A stretch of DNA of 64,000 nucleotides, from the NCBI GenBank assembly GCA_030141605.1, contig JAQGDQ010000258.1, positions 124,001-188,000 on the forward strand, written 5' to 3'. This stretch comes from Tubiluchus corallicola (taxonomy: Eukaryota > Animalia > Priapulida). The translations under genes were made by a program, and so were the position numbers. This document shows positions 27,201 through 64,000 of the stretch, in pieces (within the stretch, counting starts at the first letter, position 1; each line of letters begins with the position of its first letter). A model generated the notes under the pieces. It searched no databases and was not told the origin of the DNA. It was given only the letters and a program-made list of their open reading frames with translations.

Positions 27201-29131
27201 CTTTCAACTTTACACTTTACTTTGGTCGCAAATCTGCACATGACTACTTCGAATTATCTACAAAAACTTTAGATTTTCTGACGCTCAATAACTGCAGCTT
27301 ACTTTAGATGCTACAAGCGATGTGTTTTGGAGCTTTTTATACCCACTATGTGGCGTTTTAGATTGTACTTAGTTATCCATTTTTACATTCAGCCAGCAGG
27401 TGAAGGACAAAGGGTAACAGGTTACAGTAGCCCAGATTCCAGGCAAACTGATGTTGAAACTATTTCTAGAATGATAAAATTGCTGGAGTCGCTTCCTAAA
27501 CAAAGAGCTGTCATTTGCCCATGCAGTACAGTGACAGTGCTGACACAATAGACTTTTTTTTGTGTTGAGCTATTTTGCCTTTTTTACACCATAACGATTG
27601 CAGATTCAGATGGTACAATAATAACTTCTTCTTGTTCATTAACATTTGATTTCATATTAGTCAGCGTCACTTAGTTTCAGTTTCACCAGATAATACAAAA
27701 ATTTCATGTCATGTCACGCATCAAATTAGTCAGGGTTCTCAAATCTTCATTAATTTTGTTTAAGGTACATTAATTTGGACGTTAGACCTAATGTGTTGCA
27801 CAGCAAACAAGAAAGTGCATTTTTGACACTAAATTCCACAATATGAAGTTTGTTTTATGAAAACCAATCAATTTTATGAAATTTATTTATGGTGTTTCTA
27901 GAACGTGGTAGTTCTAATCAGATGTGTGAAAGATTTATAAAATCGTATTTAGAGTTAAAACAGTTCATTCTTGCTTACAAAGAACTTCATATTTTGTACA
28001 CATTCTATATACAGCTTGTTCTCTTTGGATGGTATTTTCGTTCTGTCAGCCAAATCCAGTTTCAAAGCAATTTTATTTTGTCGCGTCAAATCGAAGTCGA
28101 TGCATTGAAAAACAAGTCAAGTGTCACATCATTTTAGTTCATGGAATGAGTGACTATGTACAGACGTGACAACTCAAAACCGAGTCAGCAGCTTTTTTTG
28201 CAGTCAGTTTGATGATTTCTGTACGCCATGAGTAGTACTGTTCACTACATTTGCACTATCTAGCGTAGTACCTTTTCTTTGTGTCTTTTTCGGTTTAACA
28301 TGGTGGGTTTAGAAACTCGCATTGACTTTCTCTTTGTTGTCAGCTGCCAGGCTAGTTTGCCCACTGATCAGCTGATTGTACCCTATAACGTACGTACATT
28401 GCCAGGTCACTTGTAAAGCAGCTGCGGGCAGGTTGTGCTGTAACTCAGGATACTATGACAAGTTCCTTTGTGTTCTGGATACCGTGTACGTGACATGCTG
28501 TATAGGATATTTTGTTCCTATTAATGTAAGATTTATGCTACAATTGCATTATTATGTTACATGTTTTCCCGGATAGATCCCGTGTCCATCCTGTTTGACA
28601 AGGTTTAATTGAATAAGTATATCATTGGGTATACGGTAATCATTTGTGTTATTTGCAGTGGTGAAGTTTTCTATATTCACATTTTGCAAGGAATTTTAAT
28701 TTGTCTGTACACGTTAAATGGTAATTTCAGTTTTGTGTTGTTGTCAATAAACCATGTTGCTTTTCTTTGCTAAACCTTTAGAAATCCAGTGGTTAGTGAT
28801 TAACATTTCTAAAGAGCACACGTATATTTGATTTCATACTGCAGTGTAGTGTATATATTAATTAATGACGACAGTTTTGGTTGTGTTAGGTTATATCTAA
28901 GTTGATCTATTTGTCTTCTACGTCACTTGCAAGACTAAGGCCAACTTTAAAACATAAATCAGTTGTATTTTCACAGTACTATTTTCAGCGTTATTTCGTG
29001 GTTTGTTCAACTTTGTTGTGTGTTTACACGTCATTGAAAAGATCTCATTATAAGGGGGAATTTGGTGGTGAATCTTGTTACAGTTTAGTCAATGATTCTA
29101 TATTTAATCAACACAGGATTTTATTTTACAG

Positions 29132-29450
29132 GTTGCTACCTTCAAGCTGGTTGCAGATTATTGACATCTGAGGTTGCTGAGCTAGTTACGTGTTTGCTTG
29201 GCTTATCAACATTTAGTAACCGAGGATTTAGCCAGTTAGGGCGGTGCTAGGATAACAAGTCATTACCATTATTATCGTCAAGGTAACCCCAGTGTGCGCC
29301 AGCCACTGAGCTGGCAGGATAACAACCATAGGCCAGCAACTTGCTTGTTGGACATCACCTCATCACTGCCTGCCACCCTTCAACACCTGGGATCAACCGG
29401 CAGAGTTAGACACACGTGCTAATGGTGTCAAGATGGTAAAAACATTCCAG
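29132..29450 (+). other. YPEL: YPEL exon carrying the 5' leader, candidate non-AUG start (29328) and AUG (29433)
   Basis: Acceptor ttattttacag| at 29131; donor CAG|gtatga at 29450; upstream non-coding exon(s) not located. Confidence 0.7.
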
Positions 29451-32400
29451 GTATGAACAACGTTTTCCCCTTTTTCCTTTAGCTTGCTACTCAGGATCTT
29501 AATTGGACTTAAAGAATGTGATATTTAGGATTTAAAATCTATTACAATATCTTATTGATTGTTTTGTCGTATCTTAAAAACAATTTTAACAAATAAAAAA
29601 TCATTAAAGTTCTATAATTATTGTGTGGTTCAACCATCAGGTAGTAAAAAATATCAGATATTTTGATGACAAATTGCACTGTGTTAGTGTCTATATGTCA
29701 ACTTTTGAATGATCAAATTGCTGTAATACTATGGTACTGCAAAACTTTATTAAAATATTTAGTTAAATCCATCAACGTAATAAAATGTGCTCGAATATGT
29801 TAAGTCTGTTTATCATTTCTGCATTAAAACATAATGGATGGGTTAAATGATTACTGAAATAGAAGACTGCAATTCATACAAACATAAGTCATGAGCTTCT
29901 GATTGATTCTGGAAGTAGTTGTAGCCTTTGCAGTTCAATATTAATTTATTATGTTTACTGTTATTAATTGTGCTCCACAGTTTGGAATCACAGCTGTGAA
30001 TTCTATGCCTATATTCTGCATATGATTTCCTGGACTTCTAGAAATACGTACAGTAAATTTTCCAATGTTGAAAGAAATCAAAGTTTTTTTGTTGAATAAT
30101 AGTTAGTGTAGTTGCTTGTAATGCGGAAGATTTGAATCTAATGCCCAGTGAGAAAGCAAATCACAACCAAGTCTCATTTATTAACGTCTTAATGCACCTC
30201 GTTATAATGCCTAACTCCCTTTTGAAGTTTCGAGCAAGCTAAACATTGTGTTTTTATGCCAGAATTTGTGATGCTCTTGCATTTCAAAATGCACTAATAT
30301 CTTAATTTTATATATTATTTTTTAACGAAATCATATGTGGCTGGTTTTAAGTTGCCAGTACATATACTAAGTGAAATAATTTATATGACATCAGAACAAG
30401 GTTAATTTATGTAGATGCACAAAACTGATTTTTAATCACTTTGTGATTTTTGTACAGCTGTTTTGAGTAAGGAGGAGGCCATTTTGTATTATGGTTTTGT
30501 TTTTTGAAGTGTTACAACTAAAAGTGACTGTAGGGAAAGTTCTTTTTGCACCATGTTCACACTGCTTTTTACAGGTGATACATAAAGCTATATTTATGGG
30601 TCTGTTTCTCTGTTCAATAAATTTAGCGCTGGTTTAGCCACATGGCATGAAGCCAATTTAATCTTGCTGTTTCATTTTTAGTAGGCAATTCATTAGGTGC
30701 AGGATGAAGCCATTTTAGTGATGGCTTTTTATTGTTATTTCAGGCATACCTACCAAACTGTCATCGCACTTACTCATGTGTGCACTGCCGGGCACATCTA
30801 GCTAATCATGATGAGCTCATATCTAAGGTAAGTGTCTAGTTACCTATGTCGTAGTCATCATTCTCCGTTTCTCTGCACTTTTAGAGCTTCTGTGTTATGA
30901 CGAAGCTGCTGTAATCTATCTTATTATTGATTGAATGGTGGTCAGTTGCTTACTGCAGTAGAAATCCTGGATACGTCTACTGAAAAAATCGCAGGCTGGA
31001 TTTCTTCTCGGAGTTTCTTTGTATATCACGAGGTAGTTTTTCGTATACAGCTGTTAAATCTCTTATATTTTCTGCATTATTTAGCTGTTTATGCTGTTGG
31101 CGTTTGACAATGAGTCGTTATACCTTACTGCTTAAGTCCTAAGCGGATAGCACTGCATCTCTAGCAGTCACTTCTAATTCAGTCAGAATCTATTTACTAC
31201 AGAAATCCTTATTGCTTTAGTTTATTGCCTTGAAGGCCACTCATGGGAGATTACTATCTGTCGATGCTTAGAAGCTTGCTAAATTAAATTAATTTTCTTT
31301 ATGGAAATGTAGGTTAAATGAAAGTTAGGACCTTATGACTGAGTTCGGGATGATTTAGTTTCAGATATTTGTTGGATGCCCTTTTGCATTATAATTTTTA
31401 ACATAGTTTTGTTATTTAATGTAATATTTGTAGCCTGTAGAGATACCTTTGCATGAAATAGTTCAAAACTTAAATGGTTAGGTTTTATGTTTGTGGTATA
31501 ATATCATAATCATCTAGGACTTTCAATGGGTTCTATTCTGCCTAAAATCTGACAAAAAACCTGATACATATGCCAGCACATTCACCAAACACCTCTTATC
31601 TTTTCGTTTTTGAGAATTATTTATAAAATATCAGTGAATTTTCATTGGCTTTAGTTAAAGCACAGCCCCTGGTCTAATTTTCTAATTTGATTTAATTTAA
31701 CTATTATTAGGCAGAAATCTTGCTTGAATAATAAACAGTATAACCAATGATAAATTTAATTTTATAAGTGATAACTTTAATTTTTGCTTCATATCATTTG
31801 TCAGAACTTAAACTATAATTCATGTTATCAAGAACTGAGTTCAACTGATTGAACAATAATATTTTGATTGGTTGTTATTGAGCATTTATTTAGTAACTAA
31901 TAGCAGTAGCAATTAATGCAATGCGATTACTAGCGAAGTGTCACTATACAAATTAATTTGTGTATTATGCTTCATAACTGTAATGTGCTGTTTTGTGACT
32001 CATTTTGCAAAGATAAGATCATAAATTGCTGATATGGTTACTTCAGAGAAATTTACAGCCCAAATTGCTTTTTATAAATAAATAAATTATATATATGTTT
32101 GAAAGGATGTCAGATGCTCTCTAGTAATGCAGATTGTTAGATGACTAGCGAAATTAGAATGCAAGCTGGGTGATTGATCAATAGAGATAAGTCCATATGG
32201 CTTCATTTGATACATCTAGCTATAGCTTAGCTCATTACTTTCTTTGGTTGGCTTCAGTTTTGGTGTGTTTGAATCTGCCAGGTCAAAAGCGTTATTATGG
32301 ATTTTCCTGATTGATGCTGTAACAGCAAAGTGGTAGTTGCAGTCCAGTATCTACTGGCTCGGCCATGTGAGGCGAAACTGCAGTGGAATATTTTAACCCT

Positions 32401-34641
32401 ATTGATGACAGAGATAGTAGTTCTTTCCACTGTATGAAATTGTTGATTTGAGTCAGAGGTGAATCACTGATTACTAAGTAGATCGTTGAACATCAATGAC
32501 AGTTATATATGAGATTCCTTGCAGCTTGCATTATTTACTTTGCAATATCGGCACTACTGCTGTCCATAGTTACCAATAATAAACCATAGTTTGTTGTACT
32601 GAATTGTGTTTGGATAAGCGCTCGCATGAGAAACTGTAAGTTCCTACTTGTTTGTAGCATACTGAAGACTATTTTGGTGAATTCATAGTCTTACAACCCA
32701 GTTCAAGTTATGAAGCTTATTTCTATTAATTAAATAGTTTTATAGTAAAGTACAAGAACTTTATTTAATAACATATTGTAAAATTTGTAATGTCGTCAAG
32801 CAATTTTATGTAACACTATACAAAGAGGCTGTAGATAATGGTTCACTGTTAATTAATTAAACTACAGGAATTAAATTCCCAAACATTTTGTTAGGCTGCC
32901 CACTAAGTGCCTATGTGTAAATTAAAAGTATGTTATTTTTATAAAGTTCGAATGAATTTTGCTTTCTTATATGTTACTGTTTATTGGATTCACCCGCTAA
33001 AGTAGTTTGCTTGGGTGGTAACTCATGATAAGAGGGAAGATACAAATTTTTTAGAAAATAGAATTTAAGAGTTTCTCACAAAGTTAGTGGCAAAACACAA
33101 ATGCTGGTATCCTGTTAATTAAATATTTACCGGTTTTTAATAATTGCAGAACATACAAATCTTTATTCTGATTGTGAGTATAATTTGTGCATTTTTTTCA
33201 GTCTTTCCAAGGAAGTCAAGGCCGAGCCTACTTATTCAACTCAGTGTAAGTGTTTTACTTTTGTTGTACACGGCTTTTACTTTTTCATTTTGCTTCTCTA
33301 CTTCTATGGTTTTGATGTCCCCACGGCATTGCTGTGCAGATTGCTAGATGCTGTTTCTTCATAAAAAGGTAGCTTTGAAAATGTGTGTCTTTGTAATGTA
33401 TATTAGTAGATGTATTATGTATAGATGCGTAAAATTGTTGTTTATATAATATGCATAAGACAAGTTATGATGCTTGTTCAGAGATGCTTTTAACAGAGTC
33501 TTGTTTCTTTATTACAGTGTAAACGTAGGTTGTGGACCAGCTGAGGAACGAGTCCTGCTTACGGGTCTCCATGCTGTAGCAGACATATTTTGTGAATGCT
33601 GCAAAACAACACTGGGCTGGAAATACGTATGTGTAAACTTAGCATTACTGTATTGTAAATTTTGCAATATGAACTCTTGTTTGTGATAATGCTATTTACT
33701 TAGGTTTGTACACAGATACATGATGTCAAATATTTTTGTGCCATTACACGGAAATTTATTTTGATCTTGGTGTTTGCTTATTGATAACAGAAACAGTGTT
33801 TTTACGTTGAGGTCAAGTTATGTACGAAGCAAACATTTCCTTGTTCTAGCTAAATGAGTCACTTGTACTACCATGTTTAGCATGTTCTTTGAAAGAAATA
33901 TGGGTGTTCTAAAGTTTAGTGCTAAAATTAACTTATGTAGTAATTTCGTGCCTAACAAAATATTACACAGAAAGTATGTGCATTATTGGTGGGTGGATAG
34001 CAATAGCAGCAGTTTACAAGCAGGTTAGATGATAAATGGGAGTTGATGGCATGCGATGAACATAAATATTGGCCAAGCTAAAAATTCGTTTGGTTTGTGT
34101 TTAAAATACTAAATTACTTACCATTGAATAACTATCACTGTGTTTTGCTTTAACTTAAAACGTCCTTAGAGAAACTGTCACATAAACAATGGAATTGTAA
34201 TTTTCTCTTATAATTCTTGTTGAGAAAGTTCAGTTTGCACTGGAAGACTAGAACAAGGCTTAATCTGTTTTAATTTGATTGGTCATTTTGTTTGAGTGTA
34301 CTTTCAAACTTGTTGGGTCACCATCATTCAGTTTTTTGATGGTCACACAGTATTGTATTGAAGTCATGTAAGAGAGATGATGATATAACTAAAACTAGAA
34401 ATCATTAACAAATAAGTAAATGAGAAAAGAACCAAACTGGAATCTCCTCCTTGTCTCAGATGGCTTTGCCTCATGCTTTCTGTTTGTGGAAGCTGCCTAG
34501 AATTAAAGTTTATATGCTTTTTTGCAGGAGCATGCATTCGAGTCATCTCAGAAATACAAGGAGGGAAAATACATCATTGAGCTGGCTCACATGATTAAAG
34601 AGAATGGGTGGGATAATGATGAACGGCAGCATTCTCCCTGA
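29433..34641 (+). CDS. YPEL: Protein yippee-like (YPEL1-4 group), 122 aa from the AUG
   Basis: Exons 29433-29450, 30744-30827, 33202-33245, 33518-33626, 34528-34641; [113 protein letters not shown]...; two CxxC zinc pairs; all GT-AG. Confidence 0.97.
30744..30827 (+). CDS. YPEL: YPEL coding exon 2
   Basis: tttcag| [28 protein letters not shown] |gtaagt. Confidence 0.96.
33202..33245 (+). CDS. YPEL: YPEL coding exon 3
   Basis: tttcag| [14 protein letters not shown](V) |gtaagt. Confidence 0.96.
33518..33626 (+). CDS. YPEL: YPEL coding exon 4
   Basis: ttacag| [36 protein letters not shown] |gtatgt. Confidence 0.96.
34528..34641 (+). CDS. YPEL: YPEL last coding exon
   Basis: ttgcag| [37 protein letters not shown] stop. 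Confidence 0.96.
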   Translation, partial: EHAFESSQKYKEGKYIIELAHMIKENGWDNDERQHSP

Positions 34642-37600
34642 CAAATATTCTCTAAAAAATTTTGTTTCCTGCATAAGTGTGCACTTCTTTGCGGGTGTGC
34701 CTTTATTACGTGCTAATATAACTTGCAGATAAACTTTGGGACTATAAAATGCCTGAATTGAACTTTTATCAGTTGCTAAATGTTACTGTTGGGCAATGCA
34801 CTACATGAGAAACATGGTGGATGTGACATTGTGTCTGATTATCATATTAAGATTGTGGATTGAGACAGAACTCATTCTGTTTTATCAGTATCAAATGAGG
34901 AATATTGTGCTTCTTAGTGACATGAAACTTGTGTTTACATTTGACTGTGTGGGTGCTAAAGATAAATGGAGTTTTGGAGACTTCTTGGAAAATACACAGC
35001 ACAAGGAAGGGGTGATCAGTATAAGAAAAGATGGCGTGACAGTTGATAGCAAAACCACCGAACTTGCCTTGCTTTTTCCCACTTTTGCCTTTTCAAACGA
35101 ATGCATATTTACATTAAAAACTACTCAAGCTTATAGAAGTTTTACCTAATTAAGCCCTAAAGTTGACTTGTTTTTGATTATTAAAGCATATGAAGGTTTA
35201 CAATATTTTCGACACACGTTGCTAAAATTGCGTGAATTCGGTGGTTTTGCTACTTATCACGTTTGGAAGAGTGCTATTTTGGTATATACGCAGCGTAATA
35301 TACGTGTACAGTACTTATTTAGACATTGTAAATATTATTGATCTATGTTGTGCCGGTCGCTTTTGTTTTGTGGTCAGTAAGTTGTTTTTATTTATAAATA
35401 GTGATAAGTGCGGAGTGGCAAATTGTGATGCTTCATCTCACGACAGTTATTAAAATTACTACATGCACTCTTGTTCTTTTTGGTGCATTTAGATTGTTCA
35501 CAGTTCTTGCATTACAGTTTGATGGTAAACTTTTACAATAATTGTAAATGAAGCAGTGCATCTCACAGAGAAATTGTAAGACATTCTGGATGATTGTTGT
35601 GTTTAAGTAGCATTTAGTAACACAAAATTTACAGTTTGTTTGTTAAAAACCAAATAAAAGCTGAAAGGTACTATCTATTTTTTTAATGTTTAAATAGTCC
35701 AATATAGTCCAAGTTGTGAAAGATCATAGCTTTTCTGAAATACTGCTGTTTGTCTTTGCAAAATCTGGTTTAATTAGCTTTTTTAATTCATTTAAATTCT
35801 TGTGCCATAGCTTACATGTAGAAAATGTCAATTAAGAGTAAGTGAGAATTGATCACAGTTTGCCTTTGTTCTTCACTAATGCATTTCTTGTACATAAAAT
35901 TTGCAGAACATACACTTTTTAATCAACATAAGTGTAAATGTGAATGACCTTTTGACCTGAATTTGTTTGACAAATTGATGTCATACACGTATTTTAATTT
36001 CTGAAAGGCACACTGCCTAGCCCTACACCCAGTTTGTATGAAAAAAGTTTATTTTCACTTTTAACCATTGGTATTGACCAGAGTTATCCAAAGAACTTAA
36101 GATATGCAAGAGTGACCTTCATGGACATTTGCTTGCTATGTAACATGAACTGCAAATTTAAAACGAATTATACTAATTTTTTGTTCCATTGCAGTTTCTG
36201 ATGGCCGGACATCAGCTATTACATTTGAGTTAGCATGGTTCTCTTGCTTTGAAGAGGTTAAAAATTTTGTGTTCAATGGTTTGTGTTCAAGTCAGTTTAC
36301 ATTTTGACTTTTAATCTTCAAGAATGATATATAATGCACCTTTGCTTTCGCGTTTTCAGTTATATTGTAATTGTACTAATGTATTCTACTGGTCTGTAAG
36401 TCTAGTCACATTTACACCATGATTTGCTATTTTGTTATTATTAGTGATAAGTTTTGTGTTGGTTCAGTGGTCTAAGGTAACCAGCAAAATTATATGTAGC
36501 TACCATACCAAATTTGTTAGCAGCTTTCAACTAGATGTTAGAAGACTGCATTTCTTCAAGTTAAGTCTTATTATGGATTCCGTTGATTTCATGGCTAGTT
36601 TAAAACTGTTCCTTTAATTACTTGTTATTGTGCTCTTCTATAAATTTAATGCATTTGTATTATTGCACTGGAAGCGGTTTTCTTTTAATAATTACTCAAC
36701 ATGTTACTGTATGTTACTGATGTTCATGGGTTTACTTCTTTTTGATTGCTTACTCTATATAGCTTGTGTCATAAATTCTTATAATCTGATTGCAGTGCTG
36801 TTGTTCTCTATTTTAACATTTAAGCAATACTTCATTTCTAAGCATATATTACTACATATTAGAGTATGTAAGCATAGTCGATAGTGTGTTGATAACAACG
36901 TTTTTTGTGTTCACATTAGTGATACATACTGGGGAGAACAAGTACTGATTTAAGTGTTTCAAAGTTGTATGAAATGAAATTTTAATGAAAAATGGTAGTA
37001 ATAGAAGTAAGCAAAAGCAAAGATTTAATGTTCTCATTTTATGTGACCAATAAAAGAACATTAAAGAAATATTAGAACATGATGAAAAAAGTGAGTAAGT
37101 TTTAATAGGTTGGTATCCCAGCAGGAAATCTGCTTCAAAAATGACTTGTCTTTGCAAAACAATATTTATATGTAAATGTAAATCAATTCTTTAACTGATA
37201 GATAGCATGAAGTATGATCGTGTTTGAAAGGGAGACGCGTTTATTTTTGTTTTTGCTTATATGCCTTTTTCTACTTTTTCACTGTTTTTCCTAAAGCACT
37301 TCAGTCATTTCACAAAATTCAGAGAAAGCTTTCTTGGATTTTACCAATTTTTATCAATAATGTAGACATTGAACAGCCTTGGGTCGAATTTAACAAGTTG
37401 GTATTTTTTATTATTCTTGATAAGGTGATAAGGATACATATGAGCACACAGTGTTTTCCTATGTATGAATATGCATGAAACGTCAAATTAGTACTGTATC
37501 ATACAGCTTTGAGGACACATGTTTTTTTCTTTTTGAGGTTTAAAAGGATCTCGTACTGTTTATGTAATGCAGCGATGCAATGCATTGTAATCTACCACTG

Positions 37601-38249
37601 TATATAATACAGAAAATTTTAGAATATAATGCTTGTTTTCAGTATGTGTGTGTTATTATATTGTGTTTGTTACATTACTACTATGGTTGAATGATTATGG
37701 CACAAGTACCTAGCTAACTGCCTAGGATACACCTGAGAACCTCTAAGCCGAAACAGTGAACTAGTAGAGGTTTGTTAGCCATGTGTGTACACATTCCACC
37801 ATTAAAGACAGACCAGAAGCTATGTTTTAAACAATTCCCTTTACGTTGACTAAAAAGTGTGACAATATAAAGAAGAAAAACAAGCCAATACATTTAGTAA
37901 GTAAATTTTCTATCTTGTACATTCGAAGTTCTACGCCGTTTTCAGCTGCTTTGCTAAGTATGCTCTAGACTAGGTGTAAATGGATTATAAAACATAGCGT
38001 GTGTTAATCGATAGTCCTTTGAAGGCCAATTTCGCAACATTTTCTCTCTTTGGAGACAGCTCGTCTACACGTTCGGAAAGGTGTTTTACAGAGTAATAAG
38101 TTAAAAAAGAAGGCTGTGCTTATGGATGTCCTTTTTCTGTGTGTAACAATCCACATGTTTGAAGAAACCACTCAGTGATGCGTAAAAATCTTGTAGTTTT
38201 CTCACTAGATAGCACCACATGACCAATTTTTATTTAGCGTTAAACAGCT

Positions 38250-62759
<24,510 letters not shown>

Positions 62760-63109
62760 AAATGTTAAATTAACCTTATCTTATTTAACACTGTTTCTTG
62801 TAATTTGTGTTTATTTTTCATTTCAGTCCATTTCTGCACGATATTGTCGACATTGACAGTGCACTTGGTGCTTCGTACGTAGTTGTGTATACAGTAGGTT
62901 TAAGTATATAAACATAGATTGTTGAGCAAAGTCATTCCATGATGTAAGGTAATTGGTAATTGAATAGAAAACTAAATGTGACTGTTGCATAGAGTCGTAC
63001 TGTGTGAAAAACAGATGACAATTTGGAGATGAGTTGCAGGCTTCTCTAATATCGTACCATGAAGAGTTAAATCATTTCACTCATTGAAATAATAACAATG
63101 ATAATGATA

Positions 63110-63640
63110 ATTTATTTGTAAAGTGCATAATCGACAATTATTGCCATCAGATGCACTATAAAACAGGTCTACAATAAGAATGACTGCAATAACATTCAAC
63201 CATACAATAAAAATTCACTAGGCAACTAATTATACGATATAGTAAAAAATAGGCTTTAAGACTTGGCACTTTTTAAGCGTTACTGTAAAAATATAGGTTT
63301 TAAGACTTATTTTAAAATGGTTAAAATTAATAATAGAAGCTAAAATAACACAAGCTAAAAGGAAGTTTATTGCATTCACGTGGAGCTGCACTGGCAAAAG
63401 CACACTCACTGTACTGAACTCTAATTCTTTGACGATCAGTGACTGCTAGTGTAACAAATTTAGGCCTGTTCTACCAGTATGTTGAATTAACGTGTATGGA
63501 GTTGTTTTACCCGTTTCTTTGCCAGTATCGAATGGGTATAAAGGGTTTTAAAAATAAAGTATTGTTCCTGCTACATCTACATTAGTGTTGTATTGACATG
63601 GTACATTTTATTTGTTTTCATTATATTTTGATATATTCAT
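63110..63640 (-). mobile_element. 3' fragment of an L2-like LINE
   Basis: Minus strand ECAFASAAPRECNKLP...FKISLKT resembles the RAFS-AAP-LWN-LP...FK-LKT ORF2 end, followed by aaataaat and a short (att)n tail. Confidence 0.55.
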
Positions 63641-64000
63641 TCAGAAACAAAGAACTAACTTTTTTGGATATCATTGTTGGCTAATGTATAAGACCTACTG
63701 TATTCGAACTGTATCTTTTCATAATATGTTTACATTTGTGTATAGTTCCTATTCAGTTGTTCTGAAATTAGGTTTTGCCAGCTAAATATTGTTAATGCAA
63801 ATGTCTGTATATGTGGTTGATTTAGAAATAATCTTAGTTCACGATGGTAGATTTTCATAACTTATTGACCATGAGCATTATCCCCCATCAGCTGAAGAGT
63901 AGTTTGATGGTCAGTGAAACTTTGCATTTTATGAGCACCTACAATCTGTTGTCTACAATAGATGTGGCATAAGACTAGTGATTGCTACATAGAAACTTGA

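Noticed and set aside
34796-37478. Several 70-117 aa ORFs after the YPEL stop
   Set aside because: No recognisable motifs or exon structure; likely 3' UTR/intergenic (AATAAA at 35653).

Overview
AT-rich, intron-rich animal (invertebrate-like) genomic DNA; most of the supplied ORF track is noise. Reading splice sites by hand gives four spliced genes: (1) the first five coding exons of USP32 (minus, running off the left edge); (2) a divergent 4-exon intracellular lipid-binding protein (FABP/iLBP) gene (minus, 19663-22677) not visible as an ORF, with possible decayed paralogous exons upstream; (3) a Yippee-like YPEL1-4-type gene (plus, 29433-34641) with a candidate AUA-initiated, myristoylation-type N-terminal extension; (4) a complete ERK1/2-type MAP kinase gene (plus, 38250-62759). 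The most striking signal is in ERK: the exon encoding the whole activation segment (DFG...TEY...APE) is present twice (57419-57548 and 58838-58970). Each copy has a U2-type acceptor and a U12-type donor (GTATCCTT), which predicts obligatory mutually exclusive splicing and two ERK isoforms with different activation loops. ERK introns also hold a decayed BEL/Pao LTR retrotransposon whose tRNA-Phe primer site is interrupted by a TIR element, and a 37-bp minisatellite with higher-order structure. Several DNA-transposon and LINE/Penelope relics are scattered through the window. All calls are by eye; no database searches were run.
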